Positions 53,775 to 64,000 of a DNA stretch of 64,000 bases are shown here, piece after piece (position 1 is the first letter of the stretch; the number at the start of each line of letters is the position of its first letter). Position numbers and translations under genes: made by a program. Origin of the DNA: Ancylonema sp. (lineage: Eukaryota). The stretch covers positions 1-64,000 of the forward strand of contig JBFLGF010000014.1 of assembly GCA_050230475.1 (NCBI GenBank). Direction: 5' to 3'. The notes beneath the pieces were generated by a model. That model was not told where the DNA came from, made no database searches, and saw only the letters and a list, made by a program, of their open reading frames with translations.

Positions 53775-54800
53775 ACTATATCGAATGCCGGGGGTGTCAC
53801 TCACATATACAATGTATACACTATACACTGTATAGTGACATTTAATAGGGCGGCGTCGGGCAATTGTCACTATATCGAGGGAAAGTGACATTCAGGTACT
53901 TTGAGCTATCAGATCGGGTTCGCAACGGTTTTTCCTATACTTTTGTGTAGATGGGAGTCTATTCTGTCCATGGATGAAGCATGTGACGAAATATTCGCAA
54001 TTAAAAATCAATAAGGCATACACTCTAGGCATATGATCAATGTGTGTGTAGAAGAATACCCACAAAGATGCTCGGATGCACGTATGGAAAAAATGGACAT
54101 CCATGTTCCTCAATACGTATATTCAAGGCCTTAGAATCAATTGTACAAGTAATGGGATGAAGTGGTGCTTCAACCCAAATCTGCTAGTAACTACGAACTT
54201 TTCCTATCCATGCGGTGTATATTGGCATGAGACGACAACATACAATATATTGGCAATCATTCTTGCACACTTGCTTGAGAAATCATTTAGTTTATTCATG
54301 TATGGACAACATATACAAGTACATCGAGCGGAACTCAAAATTAGGCAAAAGACACTGCAAATAGTGCTTCTTGTAAATCGTCCACGTTTAGAAAGGTCCA
54401 GTACAGAATTTTTCATTCCTTGAACAACAACATTTTATATACTACCAGCGACCCAACTTTCAAAGAACGCCACATCTCAATATCCCTATTACCCACTCTA
54501 AAGAAATCGCAGATATCTATGACGAGAGGTTTTCGTTATAATGTTACTCCTCTTTTTTTTTTTTTTTTTTTTTTTCAAAGGTAAATGGGTCATATGTACG
54601 GCGTTTTATCACATCTTCACTCGCTATAGTGAAATCTCAATAGTAAAATCTGTGAATTTTTGGTCACTATAACGTGTGTCACTATAGCGATTGTCACTAT
54701 ATAGAGTGGGTTTTTGTAGAGGATTAAAAAAAGGGCAAAAAAAATGTCACTATATCGTGATTGTCACTATATCGAGTGTCACTATATCAAGGGTTAATTG
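53772..54800. mobile_element. Pogo-like MITE remnant with GTCACTATATCG repeats
   Basis: Clusters of gtcactata(tcg) at 53772-53890 and 54660-54800, ending gtcactatatcaagggttaattg. Architecture resembles 24533-25131. Confidence 0.55.
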
Positions 54801-55618
54801 TCTCGATGTTTCGGGCCGTTCATTTTCTGATTTTGAACGGACCCGTTTCATTTTTTTCAGTTTCCGTTCACTTTAAACTCAAATCCTGTTCACTTTCTCA
54901 AAATTTATTTTGGTTATATTCATTTTCGGTCGCCAAATTTGCGGATTGCCAGCCGACCACGGTGGGCAATGTTGGGCGCGGTAGATAATTTAATTTGTCG
55001 CTGTATCGAAGAAAGGTTTTCCAGAATTTGCCGACCGAAGTTTAGCACATGCGGGGGGGTTCGTCGACCACCGCAATAAACAATCAGGCGGCAACTCGAT
55101 AGTGCTCATCATCATAAATTGACCTTCCACGCCTTCCAGACTTACAATGGCAAAGATCATTGCGTAGACTTCTTCGGTTGCGTCATAGAATCGGATAGCG
55201 TGTCATAAAAAAACAGCAAGATGCAGTTTTTCACTACCTTACTATTTCTCATCTCGAATCCCCTCATTATTGGAACGATGGTTGCTGTCACTCTAGGCTT
55301 GCTAAAAGACAATTGCTAAAAGTTTATCGTACTGATTATAAATTTTATATTGCATGATGCGACATGTTGTGCGATTAAAAGCTTCACAAGAGGCATAAAT
55401 CAAAACGAAAACACAAAGCGTTGTTTTTAACCGAGGATGGTTCATGTCGGACCATCCGGGACTCTCCCTGAAAGGTCCGGGACTATTCGGCTACAATTGG
55501 TTCTACTCCGGGTCTGAAACCCAACGGAAATGTAATGTCGTACATCAACATCTCGGGATACATGCTCCCGATTTTTTTACAAAATTTTCCAGATTTTTTG
55601 GGATTTCTTTTCACCGCA

Positions 55619-55675
55619 CCGTTCACTTTACACTAAAAAATCCGTTCACTTTACACTAAAAAATCCGTTCACTTT
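55619..55675 (+). repeat. 23-bp tandem repeat (ccgttcactttacactaaaaaat, about 2.5 copies)
   Basis: Read directly. The core CCGTTCACT recurs across 54860-55905 as a subterminal motif. Confidence 0.85.
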
Positions 55676-55980
55676 CCTTCATCTCATTTTTTTTCCGCCG
55701 TTCATTCGTTCACTTTTGTTCAAAAGCCTTATCTCGAGGAATCCTGGGGCAGAGCTTAGTCCGTTCACTTTTTCGCCACTAAAACGCCCGTAACTCAACC
55801 GTCCGTCATCGGATTTCAAATTAAAAAAACTATCATAATTTTTTTTGGAGTATTTCGAGCATTATATCGGAAGTGGCGATGCGTCGAACATGCGCCGTTC
55901 ACTTTTTTCGGCCGGAAGTTCCTCCCCCAGGGTGCAGTCTTTCTCGGTTTCACCGAAACCGGAAAAAAAATCGCGTGGAG

Positions 55981-56715
55981 TAGGGTTGCCGACACCGCAT
56001 TTTTGGCTCGCGGTAGGGGGTTGCCGCCCGGTACACTCGGACATCAATACGGTATAAGAAACCTCGTTATAATAAACTCTTCGTTTTTAGAAACAACTTT
56101 GCAATCAATTGTTTGCGTTTTTACGCCCAAAATGTGATATATATATAAGAAACATTCGCTATATAAACATTTTTTAATATATTTTTAGGTTTCTTATATT
56201 GGGAGTGTATCTACCCCCTACCGCTTTTCTACCGATTGGTGCTCAGGCCGATTGCACATCGGTAGGGAGTAGGGCAGCGGTAGGGGGTAGGAAAGTCGTT
56301 AAGAAGACGGTAGGGTGCGGTAGGAATCGGGTATAATTTTTGTTTTCTCGCGTGAAATAAAAGGCAGAAGTTGCAACCCGAGAGAACAAAAAAACTTGGA
56401 TCGATCTATGACACAAAGTAGACAAGTGTGCATCCTTGTCGTTAGCTTCGTGTTATGTTCATATTTAAGTTTCTAATGAGTACGTGAAACCAAAATATCG
56501 TAACCCGTGGAAGAGACGCGAAACTAACCTCACAGAATTTGACGCCTTTCACGATGCGATCTATGAATAGCCTAACACATCTTGAGAACGAACATAGCAT
56601 AAAGTAGTTGAGCTATCCAATTACAACAACTGAATAGTAAAATTTGTCGTCATAAATCTTGTCTTAATGAATAACCTATCTTGCTCAACATTTGTTACCG
56701 GTCCCGACCTTCGGA
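55981..56715 (+). mobile_element. Second copy of the hAT terminus
   Basis: TAGGGTTGCCGACACCGCATTTT start and GGTAGG repeats. Inverted homology to 38070-38434 and 37575-37690. Confidence 0.75.
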
Positions 56716-56891
56716 CTACGGGTAGAATTTATTCCTAACATATTCCATACTGGCTCTGTCGTCTTTGATTAAATCAAAAATTCGATAGGTATATTAGTAC
56801 AAACCGACCGAATAGTGGACGTACGATCTCATTCATGGTTAACTAAAATGTGGTCGGAGCGTTCCTCGACCTAAAACGGAAAAATTTCAAC

Positions 56892-57101
56892 TTAAAATGG
56901 CCCATTCATGTTCAAAGACGCCCTACGAGAACAATCATCCGGATTTATTCGCCTCCGATGATTTTCTTGTGCCAAGCTTGAAGTTGTAAACACCTTCGCT
57001 CCATTGAGCTGATCCAAAAGGGTAGTCAATTCTAGGCGCAGCGTATCGGTTCTAGACGATTGCTTATGGAGTGAACGAAAATCGTCGAAACACGTACTCA
57101 A
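56892..57101 (-). pseudogene. Gypsy reverse-transcriptase fragment
   Basis: [25 protein letters not shown] aligns by eye with [29 protein letters not shown] of ORF 16914..17183. Confidence 0.7.
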
Positions 57102-57373
57102 TTTTCAATTTTTCATGCTTACAAAAAATATGGGTTGATCATAAGGTGATATGCTTCGCGTGATCCAAACCTTTTTGAGCTAACCATCAATTCGATTCGC
57201 TTTTCAAGCGAGTCCTGCTCCATAAAAAAATACCGGAACACAAGCCTAAAACACACCTTTCGCCCTTCGTCCCATCATTCCAAAGTGCCTTCGTGACTTG
57301 CATGTTTGGTAGTGAAGGTCTGAACGGGCTCAACCTCTATTTCACTTCCCGCGTGTAAGGTGGTCTACTATAT

Positions 57374-57516
57374 GCCTCAGCCACGCAACAATTGCGTAGA
57401 ACAACATTTATCAATGTATTTAGTTCGTTAAGCCACTTATGCCCAAGTGCGCTTCCGATCTTCCCTAATACCTCTAATACCTACTTGCACTAACCCAACT
57501 GTTGCGTGGTTGAGCC
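57374..57516. repeat. Small inverted-repeat element
   Basis: gcctcagccacgcaacaattg versus caactgttgcgtggttgagcc, an imperfect 21-bp TIR. Confidence 0.5.
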
Positions 57517-58075
57517 GCCTTTAAACGTTATTTTGACCTTTTTCCGAGGGCCTTGTGATTAAACCATCCTTAACAACCCAACTATGCATGATTTACAAAA
57601 CGTTTGGCTTGCTATTGTGTCCAAAGTCACCCCGACTTCACACGTGCCAATGGCCAATGTTTCGGCCAATGGCCAATGTTGGTCATGCGTAACCAATGGG
57701 GCTATACAACTGCAATGTCTAGTTGAAGAGGGGTGTTTGTTTTTTCGTACAATTAACGAGGGCTAGCCTCAACATATGTGCCATGAGAAATTGTGGGGAA
57801 CAACTCGTAATTTCTTCATTTGTGAAGACAAGGACGTCGTTCTTCGAGGAAGGCTGGAGGGGGAAGTCGTCTTCGTTTTTCCTCATACTTTATTATGATA
57901 CCATTTCGTGACCATTAGAAAAAGTTGTGTTTTTAAAGTTTTGACAGATTGTAGTCACTGTCTGGTTTACGCTCGTCGAATAAAATCGGAGCAAATGGCA
58001 CCTTCCACAAATTGATCAATCTCTTACCCGCCTACTACCACCAGTCCGGCGTTTTGGCCTAGAATGATGGACCCC

Positions 58076-58182
58076 GAACAAACAAAACATTTCAAAACAT
58101 TTCAAAACAAAACAAAACAAAACATGACATAACAAAACAAAACAAAAAAAAACAAAAAAAAAACATAAACCATAACAAAACA
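58076..58182 (+). repeat. (AAAAC)n-type simple repeat
   Basis: Read directly. Confidence 0.8.
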
Positions 58183-59157
58183 TTTCGTGATTCATTTTGA
58201 CTATCCGTTGTAAAAAAAAAGTCCAAAAATTGTACATCAGAAAACCTCCCGCAAGGTCCACTTTATCCCCAATTCTATGTTTGCAAAAAAAACAAGGAAT
58301 AGTGAGGCCCGTTTGTCCTGACTTCGGACTTAGGCGAACCTTGGTTTCAAAACCAGGTTGTGCTAGTTCATGTGATAATTTAGTTGATTAGTAGGGTTCG
58401 CAGTACGCCATTCTTTCATGTTGTGCATGCACTTTAACGGTTGGACGGTATGAGGGTAGGAGTCCAACCCTCATACACGAAATATAACAAAGTTGAGGTC
58501 GTGATTCTTTATATGAATAAGCCCAACTTAATGAGGATTTTGGCAAGTTGACTAGATCCGGATCACACCCGGTCCGGATCCGGCTCCGAACAAAACCGGG
58601 GCGCCAATCATCCTATGAAAATCGATCAATAACATCCATATGCACCACGATTGGCGTAAAACCCTCACAAAAAAAAAAAAAAAAAAAAAAAAACAAGAAT
58701 AAATGAATATAAAAGATGGTACTTTTGTGAATCTTCTCCAGTTGGTCCCAACCCGCTAGGGTGATTTTCGATCCAGCTCCAATCCGGATCAAGGATTGGT
58801 CGGGGCAGGCCCAACCATGACTCATAATCTCAAAGAAACACAATGGCTTCAAGTCACCCAATCAATGCTACTTAGCGTTAATCATAGGCAGACGCACTAA
58901 ATCTTGTTTCCGTTGTTACTTGGTCATTCAAAGCCCAAACTTTCCCGTAAACTCGTATTCTATAACCCCAATAGCCAAGACATCAACACCTTAGTGCATA
59001 TCTTCCCTTTTAACCTGACCAGATGTAGAATCAAAATCGAGTACCACCGGCAAAATTGAGTTGACTAATCTCTGCAAGCCCAAACATTGCTGACCCAAAA
59101 CTGGTTTTTTTGCATTTCTCTCCGCTCCATTACACCAAACTTCTGATGTTCAGAATG

Positions 59158-60742
59158 CTATGCTGGCAGATGAAGCCGCTCATTGTTTTTCCAACTGCAA
59201 CACAGTCCGACAACCTTGATCACTTCTCTGGGCGGCTGAGCTCCTCACTCGGAAAAGACAACTAATCTATTACGTTGTCAACTGATCTAGGGAGAAAAAA
59301 CTTTAGCTTCGTTACTGAATTTATAGAATTCAGGAAAACATTGCGAAAGTATTACCAGGATCCTCCTCAGTATGTGACTGGCGGAATGATCTGAGACAAC
59401 ATGCCCGGCCTTTCTTACCTTAACAAGTAGTAATAAAAGAAGTCCGCGTACAAGGCTGTCTGCACAATTCCTGATATCCAAACTGCAAAAGTTCACAAAC
59501 ATCCCTAGAGCTATCAGTCACGCTTGACATACATGAGATTCGCGAGAGAATAGATGTAAGGTCACTGACTTGTAGCTTCGCACGCCTGCACCACATTCAA
59601 CTTCAGAACACTCACCGATCCACTGGCGATAGTGCTTCTCCGTCATGTAACGATACACCCAGTTCAGCAGGTAGAAGCCCCGATAAGCTCTGGTCACGAC
59701 AGGCCCACAGGTGGGCACTTGTAGGTCAGCATCACAGATAAACAAAAACCTAATACTCTGTACAACACCACCAGCTCTTAGTTGCTAATCTGGAGGCAAG
59801 GGCTGCAAGGGTTCTCACCCCAAGAAGAAGACGTAGTTTCCCGTTAGATTGTCAACGTTCTTTGTTCTTTGCAGCAAAACAAGCTGTGGCAGAATCGCTA
59901 CAGATTCAAGGTAGATTGAGAACGTCCAGAGAATCTGCAGAAAAGAAGAAGAAGCATGAAACAGCAGACAACGCAAAGTGAAATCAGGATCAGTAACAGT
60001 ACAGACCGAAGTTGGAGAGTGACACATGAATCCAAGATTCTCCCAAGAAGGATGGTGATCATTGCTTTAATACTTCTTCACGGCCCAATGACATTCAGTA
60101 CTCCATGTTGGGACAGTTGGGTTCTTGCATAATTTGTAGGGCACAGCATACGCAATTACGAAGATGTCTGAAGGTCATGTAAACGTTAACGAGCAGGGAC
60201 GCATATACGTGCAGGAAATGCAACCCAAAGAGTCGCACCTCTGTGAGCGTAAATTCGTGATGCCACACCAGCGCCAGTAAAAAGCAGGGGATGACCAAAA
60301 AGACGTGACGAAACGTATCTTGCTCTTTGTCATATTTCTGCCTCACGATCTTGTCGTATCTCATGTAGTAAACGATCGCGCCCGAGCTTGCTAGGAATAT
60401 CAGTTTCATGAGTGTGTTGTATACAGATATGAAGCTGTAGAACAAGTCCAGGTATCGGGTCACGAAGACAAGGAGGTATAGCTCTTGTGTCTTCAGAGAA
60501 AGTCCTGCAACCCGAGGGGTTTGACAGGGGTCAGGAAAAAAAAAACGTAACTCAAACAAGAAACCAAGTGATCAGGCAGGAAAAAAATGCTGAGGTGTAC
60601 ATCATAACAGCATGCAATTTACAAAGGTGGTCACCGGCCCGGAATCACCTGCACAGGACTTGATTGTCACGATTTTGAGGAGCAGCAGGACGATGCTCAT
60701 CAGGTGAGTCATATCCCCTGCTAGCCGGAAAACATTCATCAT
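59158..60742 (-). CDS. ERD2: ER lumen protein-retaining (KDEL/HDEL) receptor, 6 exons
   Basis: Exons encode [79 protein letters not shown] and [11 protein letters not shown], with GT-AG introns. Confidence 0.97.
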
Positions 60743-61289
60743 GGCTGAAGCTCGGGACGTTGTGACCTATTGTATGCCCAAGAGCTGTGTGCAAGCAGAA
60801 CGAGCTTCTGCCCTGCTAAAATTGCATCAAACAGTTTGGATGCAAACTATAGTAGCGCCTACAAATAATCGTGAGGCGAATTTAAACTGCGCACACACCC
60901 GATCGCTGCCTCAACAATTCATGAGCACCAGATGCTCTTTAAGTCACCCTCCTAACGACTTCTTGCGAGGTGGCCGGTCGCTCAAGTCCTTCTGCGGCAT
61001 CGAGTGACACGCGGTTCTGTGAAGTGAACCCTCGATATAAGCAGCACTATGATTACCGTAGAACCGTCATGTTTTTCTGGAAAGTAATTTCCCCGCCAAA
61101 AATGAAAACTCGCCAAAACGCCAAAACGCCAGAATTCCTTCTATATACCGGGACCATCGTACAATGCTCTCCTTTTAGATTAATACATGTGCAAATTACT
61201 AACCTGTCTAATATAATATGAAATAGTCTACCGGTTTCGTGGTTTTCTGACGTGTAAATGAATAACCTGTCTAGAATTATACTTTATAC

Positions 61290-61595
61290 CATAATGCGCC
61301 AGCAAATCGGAAAATAAATTATTAGAAGTAGGCTCCAAACAGTTGCGCCAACGATTTATTAATTAATTAGTACGAGCCAAACGTGTGCGCCGGGCAAACT
61401 TTGAAATAACAATTTTCAACTGCGCCAGGTGTTCTGAAATTCTTTATATTGAACTTTTGTACTGCGCCAAATTTTCGTCGATTTTATTAATTTATATGCG
61501 TAAAAAATACGCGCCAGTGAGTTCAAAACAATTATTTTAGTACACGCCAAAAACGTGTGCGCCAGGCAAAATGGTAATTAATTTTTGGCGCGTTA
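61290..61595 (+). repeat. Array of GCGCCA motifs, likely DNA-transposon subterminal repeats
   Basis: About eight (t)gcgcc(a) copies, plus a direct repeat at 61368-61398 / 61538-61569. Confidence 0.5.
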
Positions 61596-63200
61596 TCTGT
61601 GGCTGGTACGGTAGTTGCACGGACCGGCAAGATTTGATTTTCGGACCGCGATCGGACAGGGTCCCGGTCCAATTGGATATCTTTTGAGGTTCTTGGGGGG
61701 ACAGAGCGTACGGTTATTTTTTTCCCCTCCACCTCACACGTGTGATATACAGGTGTCATTTGTGGCTTGAGAATTTGTAGCATAATTTTAATAAAAAATC
61801 ATAATACGATAGAAATTATCCAACCGTCATTAATTGAGATGGTACATTTTGCATTGACAAAATGGTTGGAACTTTCGTTTTANATTATTACTATCGCCAC
61901 AACTCGGCATTTCCCTTGATTAAAGCACTAATTTACTTTAATGTTTGGGGGCTGTGTCGGGCTTTTTGGAAACGCGTGTTGTTCTTATTCGGGTTGCGTG
62001 ACGTTGCGTGGGGTTGCGGAAAATAAAAATCGGGGAAAATATCGATTGAATCGTGGGATCGATATCTCGCGCTACGGTTCACATTCTTCGTCATGGATTT
62101 CTCTCATCCTCGAGTGACGGAAAATCCCACAACCCCACATTCAGCACTCATTTGTGAGGACCAGTGAACGCGTTGTAGAATGGGGAGGCAGCCATGGCCA
62201 ACGAAAGTAGCCAAGATAGGTTTCCGGAAAGCTCCATATCAGAATATGAAAATTCTCGTAGGTCGAGTTCGCCATCGGGATTTCGTATGGGAGAAAAGGC
62301 CACCAACGTATACAGGTCCGTATAAGCACTGGTCACTTCGAACATTGTCCAAATGGCGATGGAAAAACAAACGCAAGAGCGAAAAAGAGATCGCTTCAGG
62401 CTGCTTGCATTCATTGTCAGGAAAGGAATTATTTATGTCAAATTTGGTATTGGCTATGTATTCCCCCAAAAAAAAAAAAAAATGTAGGCCCGAATCCGAA
62501 ACCTATCGTGGTCATTGCCGAAATAACACGTACCAACTCCCTCACCAAGTTTAACATCACTTCACATATGGTCCCGAGTATTGCTTTCCTTTTGTCTTCA
62601 CACTATGACGCGATGGAATGGTGTCACACTCCCATGAAATCAAAAGATAGTGGATGCCTATGTTGACTTACAATGTGCATACGATCGATATTTTTTTATC
62701 GTAAAAGATAAAGAAATGGGAAAAATTGTTGCGAGCTGATAACACGAATTGAACCGCACCTAAGTTTTGTAATGTGATAATGGCACAATGTACATTCTTT
62801 CGGTGGGTTCGGTGCAATGGATGAAGAGAATTTAATCAAAGATAATGAGGCTGGTAATCTTTGATTCGAGTTTTGTTTCGAATCGGTGTAAGGCGGATAA
62901 AATATAAAGTGATGGCCCCTGGTGAGAGGAGCAAACGTTGGGTGATGATGCGAGCATAAAGAAGAGGAGGCTACCAACCGGGGTAAAGAGTTTTGCTAAT
63001 GTGGCATTCGAACAAGCGGCTGCTAATTGGGCGTTAAAACACTTGAAGTTAGCCGGCCATAGAAAATGAAAAATACTAACATGCGACACACGAGGTACGA
63101 TTCGGCCGGTTAGGGGTCATTAAGACGCATAAAAAACACATTTAGAACGGCTCACTCATGTTGCTATAATACATGCTCTTAAGTCCTCCACTTCAAAACC

Positions 63201-63250
63201 GAAGGCTTGGAAGGCTTGGAAGGCTCGGAAGACTGATAAAGGCTCGGATA
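63201..63250 (+). repeat. 9-bp tandem repeat (gaaggcttg)
   Basis: Three to four copies, with another at ~63410. Confidence 0.7.
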
Positions 63251-64000
63251 CCAAAGGTTGTGTTAGCCGTTTGGGCTAACGCATGGACGCATTAAACGCC
63301 AAGAACGTCACGTGTCCCGCGCGAACCAAAAATCTAGAGCCGTACAAGCCCCAAAGACCAATAGTGGAGCTAATTAGAATTCACAAATGTGACATGTCTC
63401 ATTCGAGTCGAAGGCTTGGAGCTATACATGCCTAGAATTGGAGAATAAGCACCTAATAATATAAACGGGTCGCCATAGGGGCAAATTAGAATTCAGAATA
63501 TTGACGCTAGTCAAAACAAGTGCCAATTGGGTGCCGTCTTAGCGTCTCCCAACTTGCATAGGCTCTTAGTGGATATACCAAACACTTCCTTCGATACACC
63601 GCGTACCAAAATTGTCACCGCTTGATATCCGAATTTGTATATATCGATTGTGGGGTGGTCTTGAGTGCCACGCAGGCACCGAGCATAGCTAGGTGTGTGG
63701 GGGGATAGATTGGGGATTTAATTTTAGTCACTACGATACCCTAAATATTTGTGGCCTTATTTTACCAGCCAACTCTTTTGTTCTCCTGTTTGGGTTGCTG
63801 GGTTGAAGGAGTGATTCAAAAGGGCAAAAGGTAGGGTGTGGCGTCCTTCATTTGACTCCCTTTTTCGACCATATTCTTGATCAATGTCGTTTTATTATGT
63901 TGTTTTTTTTTTTTTTTTTGGAGTAGTACTAAGGACGGACACATTATGGTTGCCCACATATTGTCAAGTTCAGTGCCTGCAAGCGCTATCACCGGCATCG

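Noticed and set aside
55619..55675. Repeat array as a possible CRISPR
   Set aside because: Head-to-tail tandem units with no spacers, no cas genes, and a eukaryotic context.

Overview
Eukaryotic nuclear DNA, most likely from a streptophyte green alga (Klebsormidium-like; this is an inference from gene content, short GT-AG introns and transposon families). Six host genes lie among heavily decayed transposons: GH3 beta-glucosidase/exo-glucanase, adenosine kinase head-to-head with an intronless Ycf33, a possible XRI1-like gene, NAA35/MAK10 and the ERD2 KDEL receptor. The transposons comprise three chromodomain-bearing Ty3/Gypsy elements, a Gypsy-like gag remnant, two Ty1/Copia elements plus a truncated copy, hAT remnants and many nested MITEs. 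The most notable observations are: (1) a decayed C5 cytosine-methyltransferase C-terminus of the type carried by algal retrotransposons (9205-9975, minus strand); (2) a single in-frame TGA in a conserved exon of an otherwise intact NAA35; (3) a Lys-to-Gln change in the conserved KH substrate-binding motif of a predicted membrane-anchored GH3; (4) two Gypsy elements fused where the PPT of one overlaps gag codons of the other; (5) a chimeric Copia whose gag starts inside the LTR; (6) a multi-level nest of inverted-repeat elements at 51-56 kb. No rRNA, tRNA or CRISPR array was recognised. All calls are by eye, without searches.
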